Positions 1 to 9,771 of a stretch of 64,000 nucleotides of DNA are shown piece after piece. The stretch's first letter is position 1. Each line of letters begins with the position of its first letter. Both the position numbers and the translations under genes were made by a program. This DNA is from Nostoc sp. (GTDB lineage Bacteria > Cyanobacteriota > Cyanobacteriia > Cyanobacteriales > Nostocaceae), in assembly GCF_036917315.1 (NCBI RefSeq), contig NZ_JBALDR010000064.1, forward strand, positions 159,311 to 223,310, written 5' to 3'. Below the pieces are notes generated by a model. It had not been told where the DNA came from, ran no database searches, and saw only the letters and a list, made by a program, of their open reading frames with translations.

Positions 1-596
1 TTTTCCACAGTTCGAGGACTCAGGTGTAGCTGATGACCCATTTCGGCATTAGAAAGACCATGAGTCAATAACTCTAAGACTTCCTGTTCTCTGTGAGTTA
101 GGGCTGAGTGCAGATGAGATTTCTGAATTTGAGTGGACAGAGAATTATGGGCGTCTCCCGCTTTTGTTAAGCCGGAAATGCCCAAACTGTCTTTATGAGA
201 AAAACGATACTCTGATTGGATAATTTGCGATCGCTCTAAAAGATTGCGGATTGCTGCTGCTAACTCTTCCAGTTCAAAAGGCTTGGGTAAATATAAATCG
301 CACCCTGACTGGTAGCCCAAAATTCTTTCTTGGGTCTTAATGCGTGCCGTTAATAAAATTACAGGCAATAAACGAAACACTGGTTGTTGACGCACCCGGC
401 GCACCAGTTCATAGCCATTCATCCGTGGCATAACAATATCCGTGACAATCAAATCAGGATGATACTCATCCACCATAAACAAAGCCTCTTGACCGTCATT
501 AGCCACGATCACCGAGTAGCCAGACAGTTCAAGATAGTCGCTAACAGACAGACGAGTGCCCAAATCATCATCCACTACAAGGATCGTCAAGGGCAT
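1..596 (-). CDS. NarL/LuxR-family response regulator (Ycf29-like); 3' end runs off the window
   Basis: Manual translation of the minus strand gives MPLTILVVDDDLGTRLSVSDYLELSGY...PDLIVTDIVMPRMNGYEL (REC) and ...GLSNAEMGHQLHLSPRTVEK (LuxR HTH) at the window edge. Not in the ORF track, presumably because the stop lies outside the window. Confidence 0.9.
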   Translation of the reverse strand, partial: MPLTILVVDDDLGTRLSVSDYLELSGYSVIVANDGQEALFMVDEYHPDLIVTDIVMPRMNGYELVRRVRQQPVFRLLPVILLTARIKTQERILGYQSGCDLYLPKPFELEELAAAIRNLLERSQIIQSEYRFSHKDSLGISGLTKAGDAHNSLSTQIQKSHLHSALTHREQEVLELLTHGLSNAEMGHQLHLSPRTVE

Positions 597-1260
597 GGAT
601 AATACACCCCTAGCATTTTTTTACTCAGAAATTTGCTTCTATTTACTCCGTTACTGAACACACACAATAATAGTGTTCTTATGTTTCATACTAAGACAGG
701 ATTACCAGCTAATGACTGCTCTCTGGGTTTATTTATAAAGGAAATCTTAAATCATTAGGAAGATTAACGAAGTGTAACCACCTTAGACTCCCTGTGCTTA
801 GGAGGTATAGAGAGCTTTGTAATTTGTAACAACTCATCAATCAAGGAGAGTAAATTTTCATTAGCGTCATACCAATTATTTGTCAGGATTTATGCAAAAA
901 GGGAGTGAGGGGAATTCATCTAAACGCAAAGAAGCAAGTTACGCTGAGTCTTTCGTAGAGTAGTGGTTTCCCATAGGGTATTGCCTTTACTTGATGTGTA
1001 AGTCCTATTTGTGAAACTGCACAAAATCAGGCTTGGTGAGACAAGTTGCTCAAGTAACTTGTTCTATGAAACCTCAGAGGTAATCGAGGTAATCGCTATC
1101 AGCTAACTTAAAAGTTGCCAGAAAACCTTAATTGTGAACTTAGAAAAGCTAAATTAGTGATATACAGTTCACCATTTATAGCGGTTCTAAGATACACCGT
1201 ATAATTCACAAGCCAATCCAAATAATTTTTTAGGTACATTTAAAGCACACAAAATTATCA

Positions 1261-1728
1261 ATGAGCGACAAGAACGAAGGTTACAAAGTCATTTGCGACA
1301 ACCGTCAAGCCCGTTATTTGTATGAAATTCTAGAAACTTACGAAGCTGGAATTGAGTTGACAGGAACAGAGGTGAAGTCGATTCGCGCGGGTAAAGTCAA
1401 TCTCCAAGATGGCTATGCTTTGCTTCGCAATGGCGAAGCATGGTTGATCAATGTGCATATCTCGCCTTACAACGCCAGTGGACAATATTTTAATCACGAA
1501 CCAAGGCGTACACGCAAGCTTCTATTGCATCGTCAAGAACTGCGTAAGCTAATTGGCAAAGTCGAGCAGCAGGGTTTAACTTTAATCCCTTTGAAAATGT
1601 ATCTCAAACGAGGCTGGCTAAAAGTCAGTATAGCCCTTGGCAAAGGTAAAAAGCTCCACGATAAGCGAGAAGACCTGAAACGACGCCAAGACCAGCGTGA
1701 TATTCAACGGGCCATGAAAAGCTACTGA
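1261..1728 (+). CDS. smpB: SsrA-binding protein SmpB
   Basis: NRQARYLYEILETYEAGIELTGTEVKSIR, HEPRRTRKLLLH, GKKLHDKRE motifs. Confidence 0.98.
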   Translation: MSDKNEGYKVICDNRQARYLYEILETYEAGIELTGTEVKSIRAGKVNLQDGYALLRNGEAWLINVHISPYNASGQYFNHEPRRTRKLLLHRQELRKLIGKVEQQGLTLIPLKMYLKRGWLKVSIALGKGKKLHDKREDLKRRQDQRDIQRAMKSY

Positions 1729-1911
1729 GGATTCAGTGTTGCTAAACTACCACAGCAAGAATGAGAAACAGACTGCTGTGAAAACCATGTTGTATGTCTA
1801 TAGCGTGAGTTATAAAAATGCTTATTTTATAGCCGCAGATTGATTTTGTTAAGGTTGAGACTCGATACAGTGGTGAGTGACTTCGGATAGCATCAGGAAC
1901 TTTTACAACTT

Positions 1912-2193
1912 ATGAAAAGTAATTTGATTACAGCTGTTGGCGCTGGCGTTCTCACCTTGAGTATGGGAATTTTACCTTTAACTCTATCTGCACAAGCTCA
2001 GACAACTAATGATACCGGAGCTACTACTACTGCTCCAACAACGACTACTAACGATCGCAACGATTTTGATTGGGGTTGGCTAGGATTGCTTGGTTTATTC
2101 GGTCTAGGCGGGTTGGCTGGCAAAAAGAACGATCGCGAATCTGTAGCTTATCGCGACCCTAATGCCCCAAGTGCCACTACCTACAGAGATTAG
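1912..2193 (+). CDS. Small exported protein with WGxxGxxG-CTERM-type membrane anchor
   Basis: Signal peptide ending AQA, Thr-rich linker, DWGWLGLLGLFGLGGLAG followed by basic KK. Confidence 0.8.
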   Translation: MKSNLITAVGAGVLTLSMGILPLTLSAQAQTTNDTGATTTAPTTTTNDRNDFDWGWLGLLGLFGLGGLAGKKNDRESVAYRDPNAPSATTYRD

Positions 2194-2270
2194 ACAATTC
2201 AAAATTTATTCATGGAAAATTCAAAAGTTGTCAGGTGTCCGGTAAGAAAACAACTGACAACTTATTTATG

Positions 2271-3692
2271 TTAATTTACTGCTGGTTCTGAGTTAGTTGA
2301 ATTTGTCTGGTTTTGAGCTAAAGGTGTCCAATAGCTGGCAATTAAGGCAACGATCAGCCACCAGAGGGTATTGACTTCAGGACGATACCAGACAGTATCT
2401 ACGGTACCGTGAGCTAGCATACCCAACAAAATAGCGATCGCTCCAATTAACCAAAATCCTTCTACACTTCTGATTTGTCGCAATCGTCGCAGTTGCAAAA
2501 GTGCCGTATTAAATGTGACAATTAGGAGCCAGAGAAAGCAGGCTAAACCAACAAAGCCAGTTTCTACAGTCACTTCAAACAATATCGAATAGGCGCTCAA
2601 AGCAGTGTAACGAGGGCGTTGGTAGAGGGGATAAACTTTATTAAAAGAGCCGTGACCGGGCCCAATGCCGAAAATCGGGCGATCGCGAATCATTTCAAAA
2701 ACAGCATCCCACACATTTCGGCGAAAATTATTACTGCTATCCTTACGGTCGGCAAAAATACTAAACACTCGCAGCCGCACTGGCTCTACAAATATCACTG
2801 CTAGCACCAATACGCCGATCAAACCTCCTAAAACAATCGGTATTGACCAAGTACGCCAAAAACGAGGCATTTCCACGCTTTTCCAATAAACTAGCAATGC
2901 CATCACAGCTAACACTGCCACCACTAGTCCAATCCAACCACCACGACTAAAAGTCAGAATCAGGCAGGAAATATTGACAATTAGCATCGTTAATGCAAGA
3001 GCTTTTTTAGGCCAGCTGTGCCATACAAAAATTGCCACTAAGCTAAAAATTACTGCTGGTAAGAGGTATCCAGCCAATAAGTTGGGATTGCCTAAATAAC
3101 TGTAGACTCTTGTAGTCTTAGACATAGGAGATTCTGGATCGACCCAAGTTGCCAGTGCTGTGGCTCCAAAAAACCATTGCCGCAACCCGTATACACTAAC
3201 AATTAACGATACGTGCAGATAAAGGATGATAATCCAAGAACGGAGGCGAGGCGACCTTAATACCCTGGCACAAAGGGTAAATAGTAGCAAATACAAGGTC
3301 AAGGTTCCCAAGTCGTTAAGTGCCGCCTTTTTCACTGGTGATAATGCTGTTGCGATTGCGGCAACTCCCCAGTAAAGCAGTACCAGCAAGTGAATGGGAG
3401 TGACTGACGACGAGATATTTACTGGTGTTACTTCATCAGATAAAGTCAACAACAGCCAAAATCCGACACAAGCCACCAGCAAAAAACCCACCAATGTACT
3501 CGAAGCAAAAGGTGCTAGAGCATATATTAAGCTGAGTAAAGCCGCTGCGATCGCATCTCCCCACTGGAGCAAGACGCTAGTTTGCCGCCAAGAACTTAGC
3601 AGTCCCACCAGAGAGCGGTGTACATAACTGGTAGCAAGATATTCTTTGAGCGGTAAAGTTGATAGAGTAAATCGTTGCCAGACTAAATTCAT
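2271..3692 (-). CDS. ictB: IctB family O-antigen ligase/Wzy-like membrane protein (historically called a bicarbonate transporter)
   Basis: RVYSYLGNPNLLAGYL, LTFSRGGWIG, DSSNNFRRNVW, GIGPG, HGTVDTVWYRP. Start placed at MNLVWQ; the ORF track extends to 3701. Confidence 0.9.
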   Translation of the reverse strand: MNLVWQRFTLSTLPLKEYLATSYVHRSLVGLLSSWRQTSVLLQWGDAIAAALLSLIYALAPFASSTLVGFLLVACVGFWLLLTLSDEVTPVNISSSVTPIHLLVLLYWGVAAIATALSPVKKAALNDLGTLTLYLLLFTLCARVLRSPRLRSWIIILYLHVSLIVSVYGLRQWFFGATALATWVDPESPMSKTTRVYSYLGNPNLLAGYLLPAVIFSLVAIFVWHSWPKKALALTMLIVNISCLILTFSRGGWIGLVVAVLAVMALLVYWKSVEMPRFWRTWSIPIVLGGLIGVLVLAVIFVEPVRLRVFSIFADRKDSSNNFRRNVWDAVFEMIRDRPIFGIGPGHGSFNKVYPLYQRPRYTALSAYSILFEVTVETGFVGLACFLWLLIVTFNTALLQLRRLRQIRSVEGFWLIGAIAILLGMLAHGTVDTVWYRPEVNTLWWLIVALIASYWTPLAQNQTNSTNSEPAVN

Positions 3693-4020
3693 AAAAAACA
3701 TTGCGATCGATTAGCCTGCCGACGCAGAACTTGGAATCGATCATAATGCTTATAGCTATAAAAAGGTAATAACAGAAATTGCCCATCGCGCGATCGCGCT
3801 CTTATTCCTAGCCATCATCCAACAGGAAGTTAAGATAGTTCTTCATATACTTAGTACAGCTTGACGTAAAATGGTGGCGAATTAAGGGTTGAAATTTAAA
3901 GGCATAGGTAAGCGCAGAAGCACACAGAGAATTAATCAAATCTAGATAGAAAATACGTCTTTCCTAATCTCCATTACCCCTTATCCCCAGAGGGGGCCCC
4001 ACCTTCCCCAATCCCCACGA

Positions 4021-5574
4021 TTAGACATCGCTAATTGCTTGTGAGGAAGTCGCTAGTTGCAGTGGCAAAGAAAGCACATAACGATATCCTGATTCTGGTG
4101 AACCTTGAATCAAAATATGTCCACCATGCAATTCTGCCAATTGACAACTTAATAATAGACCTAAGCTTTCGCGAGAAAGACTTCCATGTGATTTAGCTAA
4201 ATTTATACCTGAACTAGTAGCAAAGAAATTTGAGTGGGAATCACTCAAGTTTTTGGAATTTTCCACTGCTACAGATGAAGTATCTAGTTGTTCTTGTCTT
4301 TCTGTATGAGTATTGTAAGTTGCTACCTCACCTGTAAGCTCCAGTAGCGACAAAGAATTTAGACGAAAGTAAGGATCGACCTCTGTTATCCCGTCTCCTA
4401 ACCAGGGATGGGAAACCCAAATAGTAATGTTGAGCGTATCTTCTTTGTAAGAAACATGAATGCGAACAATGCTACCTGTAGCTGAAAGTTGAATCACACT
4501 GAAAACCAGATGATAAAGCATTTGTCGCACCTTGTCTTTATCTAAAGGCCAAATGCGACTGCGTCCCGGTTCTATAGACAGGCGAATATCTTGTTCGCGA
4601 CGATTAGCTACTTCTTCGAGAGTATTGATAGCTTGTTGGCATAGCATTTCAATATCCACGGGAGCTAGATTTAGCACAGTTGAGTTTTCATCCATCGCTC
4701 CTAGTTCGGCAATTTCGTTGACTAGGGAAAGTAAGTACCGACCACTGTGTTGGATAATTTCCACATATTCTCTCTGCTTGGTCGTCAAAGGCCCATAAAT
4801 CTCACGTCCTAAAACACTAGCCATACCGAGTACAGATGTTAAGGGCGTGCGTAATTCCTGAGTTAGCTGACTCAAAAGTTCTAGCTTCAGTTGCTTAGTA
4901 GAAACAGAGTCGCTATCTTGAGTAGATGCAGTGATTTTAATTTCAGTGTTACGTTCCTCATTCAGTGAAAATATCGGAACGTTCTTGGCAGCGCTTGATT
5001 CTAGTTTCCCTTGCAGGAGTCGGTTACGTTCAAATTCACTCATGCTCCAACGAGCGATGATTTGTAAAAACTCAATGTCTCGGGTTGTAAAATTGCGCGG
5101 GACTAAATCCATCACCGCTAATGCACCTAAACAATGTCCCTCAGCATCAATTAATGGCGCTCCTAAGTAAGCACGAATACCATAATCTTGCACTAACTTG
5201 CTGCTAGCAAGTACTGGATCGGTAAGCTTATGTGTATCATTAATTACAAATACTTGAAAGCTGTCTACTACCTGAGTGCAAAATGATTCCCGGCGTAGTA
5301 GTTGGCGGCTTTGTGCCAAATGATTCATTAGTCCTAGTCTAGATAAGCCTATCGCCGATTTGAACCAATGGCGTTCTTGATCCACAAATCCCAATATGGA
5401 AATTGGTGCTTCCAAAAAGTGGGCAGCAGTCTGTGTGGCTTCTTCAAAAACCGGAATCGTTTCTGGTTGCCGCAAACCTAAATCGGACAAAGCTTTGAGG
5501 CGTTGCTGTTCTCTTGATTCATGAGAATCCCAACCATCCTTTAGGGCAAATAATTTGTTTTCAGGCTCTATCAT
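4021..5574 (-). CDS. GAF-domain histidine-kinase-like protein with degenerate H-box and ATPase domain (probable pseudokinase)
   Basis: N-terminal GAF (EQQRLKALSDLGL...IRAYLGAPLIDAEGHCLGALAVMD), H-box TQELRTPL (Gln in place of His), degenerate N-box. Start codon uncertain (5574 or 5619). Confidence 0.85.
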   Translation of the reverse strand: MIEPENKLFALKDGWDSHESREQQRLKALSDLGLRQPETIPVFEEATQTAAHFLEAPISILGFVDQERHWFKSAIGLSRLGLMNHLAQSRQLLRRESFCTQVVDSFQVFVINDTHKLTDPVLASSKLVQDYGIRAYLGAPLIDAEGHCLGALAVMDLVPRNFTTRDIEFLQIIARWSMSEFERNRLLQGKLESSAAKNVPIFSLNEERNTEIKITASTQDSDSVSTKQLKLELLSQLTQELRTPLTSVLGMASVLGREIYGPLTTKQREYVEIIQHSGRYLLSLVNEIAELGAMDENSTVLNLAPVDIEMLCQQAINTLEEVANRREQDIRLSIEPGRSRIWPLDKDKVRQMLYHLVFSVIQLSATGSIVRIHVSYKEDTLNITIWVSHPWLGDGITEVDPYFRLNSLSLLELTGEVATYNTHTERQEQLDTSSVAVENSKNLSDSHSNFFATSSGINLAKSHGSLSRESLGLLLSCQLAELHGGHILIQGSPESGYRYVLSLPLQLATSSQAISDV

Positions 5575-6314
5575 TGCCACTGCTACCTTAATAATTTCTC
5601 GATCGTGTAATTGATCCAAGTCCTATTTCTAGGTTATCAATTGCTATTTTTAAGCATTCCCTAATTTTGCCTCTGACAAACAAATTTAGGGCAAAATTTT
5701 TTTCTCCCTTCCATTAAGCCAAGATGTGGTGTCTGCTAGTTACTAGTTACTGGTGCTGAATGTTCTTTGTTTAGCACTGGTGTAGTCTTTCTTGCTTGAG
5801 ATTTTGCAATCAGACTGCGTTAGATTTGGATTCAGCCAGGGTAAGCTAATGCTAAGGATACAATACAAAGGGGCTGTCATTCTTTATGGATATAAGGGAA
5901 AATTTTTACTGGAACATTCAAAGTAAATTTACTTAAAATAATAGACATTAGTGTAATTAAATATAGACATTTTACTGATAACAACTAGCACCCAGAGATG
6001 ATAATCCTAGTGCAGGATGACCTAAATAGGTCAACCATATCCCTACGGATTAGCAAGCTATCAAATTATTGAAAAGCCCACTTTCTGAACTTTTTGAATT
6101 TTGAGAGAAGTTGGAGTGGCGGCTTCAGAGAAGTCTGATGGCAACTTCGGTTGCTGAAATTAAGAGGGCGTGATTTTGAATTAACCATAACCGCCTAAAT
6201 AGTCGATCTAAGCCTTTACCCAATAGATTAAATCTATGACAATTTCATACCGAAAATTGTACAAGGTTTTCTATTTTTTTCATGTGAGGAAACATTTTTT
6301 GAGGACGACTGGTA

Positions 6315-7508
6315 ATGAATAAAATGACTATTAGAGTTCCTTTTGTAGACCTGAAGTTACAACATGAACCAATTCAAACACAATTGCAAGATGCAATCCA
6401 ATCTGTATTGGAACGGGGAGATTTTATTTTAGGGCAAGCACTTTCAGATTTTGAAGCAGCATTTGCGGCAGTATCTGGTACAGCTTATGGAGTTGGTGTG
6501 GCATCAGGAACAGATGCGATCGCTCTGGGATTACAAGCGTGTAATATTGGTGCTGGTGATGAAGTGATTTTACCCGCAAATACTTTTATCGCCACCTTAA
6601 TTGGGGTAATACGTGCTGGCGCCAAGCCAATTTTGGTAGATTGCGATCGCCAAACTGCTTTAATTGATTTAAGAGAAGCAGCAAAGGCAATTACGCCTCA
6701 GACTAAAGCAATTATCCCTGTGCATCTCTATGGTCAGATGGTATCACCACGCGATCTAGTGAACTTTGCCGATACCTACAAACTCCTCATTTTTGAAGAT
6801 GCCGCCCAAGCACATCTGGCCCAAAGAGACGGATATTACGCTGGTTCAGTAGGAATAGCAGCAGCTTTTAGTTTCTATCCCAGCAAAAATTTGGGAGCAT
6901 TTGGGGATGGGGGAATGCTGCTGACACGAGATGCAGATGTAGCCCAGAAGATGGTGCGCTTGCGAAATTATGGTGCATCGCAAAAGTATTTTCATACTGA
7001 ACCAGGTACGAATAGCCGCTTGGATACTTTGCAAGCAGCAATTTTGCACAAAAAACTCCCATATTTGCCGCAATGGAATCGCGATCGCCTGACTATTGCC
7101 CAGCAGTATGATAATGAACTAGCACCCTTGGCAACTGCTGGAATTATTCCTATAGAAAATCAAAGCGATACAGGACACGTTTATCATCTTTATGTGATTA
7201 AAGTTGATGATTCTTGCCCAATAGAACGCCAGCAACTCCAGGAAAAACTCACAGCGGCGGGAATACAAACTGGCATTCACTACCCAATTCCTTGTCATCT
7301 CCAGCCAGCATTCACCAACTTAGGCTATCAACCAGGAGATTTTCCCCAAGCAGAGAAGTTGTCAAAGCAAATATTATCATTACCGATGTATCCTGGTTTG
7401 AGTAGTAGCCAAGTTAAAGAAGTTGTAGCAGCGATCGCCAATGCAGTGTCAACAAATTATCAGGTAGATAATCTATCTCCTGCTGACCTTGGCAGCGTGG
7501 TAGCCTGA
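6315..7508 (+). CDS. DegT/DnrJ/EryC1/StrS sugar aminotransferase
   Basis: VPFVDL, SGTDAI, EDAAQAH, FSFYPSKNLGAFGDGG, NSRLD, HYPIP motifs. Confidence 0.95.
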   Translation: MNKMTIRVPFVDLKLQHEPIQTQLQDAIQSVLERGDFILGQALSDFEAAFAAVSGTAYGVGVASGTDAIALGLQACNIGAGDEVILPANTFIATLIGVIRAGAKPILVDCDRQTALIDLREAAKAITPQTKAIIPVHLYGQMVSPRDLVNFADTYKLLIFEDAAQAHLAQRDGYYAGSVGIAAAFSFYPSKNLGAFGDGGMLLTRDADVAQKMVRLRNYGASQKYFHTEPGTNSRLDTLQAAILHKKLPYLPQWNRDRLTIAQQYDNELAPLATAGIIPIENQSDTGHVYHLYVIKVDDSCPIERQQLQEKLTAAGIQTGIHYPIPCHLQPAFTNLGYQPGDFPQAEKLSKQILSLPMYPGLSSSQVKEVVAAIANAVSTNYQVDNLSPADLGSVVA

Positions 7509-7545
7509 AGTTAATTCATACTTAATGTACATCTAAAAATTAGAC

Positions 7546-7610
7546 ATTTGTCATTTGTGCTTTATCTAAAACTAATGACCAATGACTAACGATCAATGAC
7601 TAATGACCAA
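7546..7610. repeat. STRR-type heptamer repeats (TTTGTCA / AATGACT) in inverted arrangement
   Basis: catttgtcatttgt ... aatgaccaatgactaacgatcaatgactaatgacc. Confidence 0.8.
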
Positions 7611-7633
7611 AAGTTTTTGAATTACTTAAAATC

Positions 7634-8527
7634 ATGGCACTCCAGCAACAGGTTAAAAATATAAACGCATCAGGCTTGTTAAATCTAGCTATTTTAGGCG
7701 TTTTGCTGCTGCTTTATGCTCCGATATTGTTACACTGGTTGGATGGTTGGCTGCACAAAAATATTAGTACAGAACACGAATATTTCAGCCACGGAATTAT
7801 TGGTCTACCATTTGCGGCTTATCTGGGCTGGATGAACCGGAAAAAGTGGAAACGTTTGCCAGATACCATCAATCCTTTGGGCGCTGTTTTGTTGTTATTA
7901 GGAGCAATTTTTTATCTTAGCGGTGTTACAGAGTGGGTTAACCTTTCCTTGCCCGTGATATTAATCGGATTATGCTTGTGGTTTAAGGGAATAGCAGGTT
8001 TGCGATTACAAGGATTCCCTCTACTACTAGTATTTTTAGCAACCCCAACAGCATTACCCTATCTCATTGCTCCCTATACCATGCCTCTGCAAAGCTTCAT
8101 CGCTGGCACAGCAGGCTTTATACTGAATCAATTTGGGATGGAAGTAACCGTAGATGAGATCAATCTTTACGTGGGAGGACGGATTGTAGAAGTTGCTCCC
8201 TATTGTGCAGGACTGAAAATGTTATTTACGACTATCTACGTTGGCTTGATGCTGCTTTATTGGACAGATGCTTTGTCTTCACGACGAACAACTATATCGT
8301 TTTTATCTCTGGCTGCGATCGTTAGTATTATTGCCAATATCATTCGTAATACTCTACTGACTTTCTTTCACGGCACGGGTCAAGAAGCGTCTTTTAAATG
8401 GCTGCATGAGGGTTGGGGTGGCGATCTTTACTCTGCTTGTATGCTGGTGTCACTAGTGCCCTTACTGAATTGGATTAATAGCTATTTTTCAGCATCTCTA
8501 GAAACTGAGCAAGAGGCAGAAAGTTAG
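7634..8527 (+). CDS. crtB: Cyanoexosortase B (exosortase-family transpeptidase)
   Basis: HEYFSHG, VEVAPYCAGLKML (catalytic Cys), ANIIRNTLL (Arg), WLHEGWGG (His); multi-TM. Here crtB means cyanoexosortase B, not phytoene synthase. Confidence 0.88.
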   Translation: MALQQQVKNINASGLLNLAILGVLLLLYAPILLHWLDGWLHKNISTEHEYFSHGIIGLPFAAYLGWMNRKKWKRLPDTINPLGAVLLLLGAIFYLSGVTEWVNLSLPVILIGLCLWFKGIAGLRLQGFPLLLVFLATPTALPYLIAPYTMPLQSFIAGTAGFILNQFGMEVTVDEINLYVGGRIVEVAPYCAGLKMLFTTIYVGLMLLYWTDALSSRRTTISFLSLAAIVSIIANIIRNTLLTFFHGTGQEASFKWLHEGWGGDLYSACMLVSLVPLLNWINSYFSASLETEQEAES

Positions 8528-8559
8528 AGGCATTGGGGATTAGGCAGAGAAGCAAAGAG

Positions 8560-8642
8560 GCAGCACTTTTCTACGAGAGACTGCGCGTAGCTTGCTTCCA
8601 CGAAGTGGTACGGCTACGCTCTGTTACCGAGGAGCAGAGGAG
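8560..8642. repeat. Nested short dispersed repeats inside an AGCAGAGG-type repeat
   Basis: gcagcactt[ttctacgagagactgcgcgtagcttgcttccacgaagtggta]cggctacgctctgttacc gaggagcagagg. The outer unit resembles those at 46125-46146 and 61643-61665. Confidence 0.6.
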
Positions 8643-8791
8643 AAAATTTTCTGCAACTTCTCCCCTGTTCTCCATTCTTCACTCTCAACTCCCTTAATTT
8701 TTCATCACTTATACGTAAGTCCTAAATATTACTGAACTCACAATGTGATTTTATAAAGTAAGATTTTGCCTAAGTATTGCAAATTTTACTG

Positions 8792-9514
8792 ATGATTTCC
8801 TTCTCTAAATTTTTCAAGGAAAACCAATTAACTCAGGTAGCAGCACTTTTGTTATTGCTACTGCTGCTAGCAATGGCAGGGGTTCCCGGATACCTGACAG
8901 GACACTGGCAATGGAAACAGCCGCCCCCTGTTCCTACCCTCCACGAATTAAAACAGATCCGCAAGACTGGGTTAACCCTTCCTGGTTGGCACACCATTGA
9001 ACAAGCAGAACAGCAAATTGGCGAACATAATTGGTCTTTGCAGGTAGTTAAAAAAGAAGGTTCCGAATCCCAGGCAATCCTGCTTTTGTTGCCGCAAAAT
9101 GGACCTATGGATCAACCAGAGGTAGAGTGGACAGATGTTAACGGTTGGGGAAGATCGCGCTGGGGAAAGTGGGATATAGCTCAATCTCGTTCTGCGGAAT
9201 TTACTGTGAAACCATCTGCAAAGTTGGCTTCTAATGTCGAAACTAAAGTAGAAGCTAGATTCTTTCGCGCCTCCACACCACAGCAAACCTTCGCTGTTTT
9301 GCAATGGTATGCGATGCCAGACGGCGGAAATCCATCACCTTTTCACTGGTTCTTGGCAGATCAACTGGCACAGTGGCGCAAGCAACGCACTCCTTGGGTT
9401 GGCGTGAGCATTCTGATTCCAATGGAACCTTTGGGGCAGGTAGAAACATCTTGGACTTTAGCCCAGTCTATTGGGGAAACAGTGCAAGCTGCATTAATGG
9501 CAGGCGCTTTGTAG
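8792..9514 (+). CDS. Cyanoexosortase B system-associated protein
   Basis: Directly downstream of the exosortase; N-terminal TM then GVPGYLTGHWQW, LLLLPQNGPMDQPEVEWTD, VLQWYA. Confidence 0.8.
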   Translation: MISFSKFFKENQLTQVAALLLLLLLLAMAGVPGYLTGHWQWKQPPPVPTLHELKQIRKTGLTLPGWHTIEQAEQQIGEHNWSLQVVKKEGSESQAILLLLPQNGPMDQPEVEWTDVNGWGRSRWGKWDIAQSRSAEFTVKPSAKLASNVETKVEARFFRASTPQQTFAVLQWYAMPDGGNPSPFHWFLADQLAQWRKQRTPWVGVSILIPMEPLGQVETSWTLAQSIGETVQAALMAGAL

Positions 9515-9771
9515 AGTCTGTTATAGATGCCCTTGTGCAGAGATTTATCAAGAGTATGTCTATAAATTGTGTTCAGACTGAAACTCATCTAAAATGATGT
9601 TAACAACATGAAGTTAGAAATTAAATTGAGCAAAATTATTCTCTTTCTCTTGGTAAATACTTCTAGATAAAAGAGACATAGAAGGCATTTTTAGAGTAAA
9701 ATAACCACTCGGCGCGACTAATTTCTATATCAATATTTTCTACACCGATGTTCATAGATCCCAGTTATTAT

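Noticed and set aside
384-602. 72-aa plus-strand ORF
   Set aside because: Antisense shadow of the response regulator at 1-596
5800-6300. Possible tRNA or riboswitch in the long spacer before the aminotransferase
   Set aside because: Only short hairpins seen (gacctaaataggtc); no cloverleaf, T-loop or riboswitch consensus recognisable by eye
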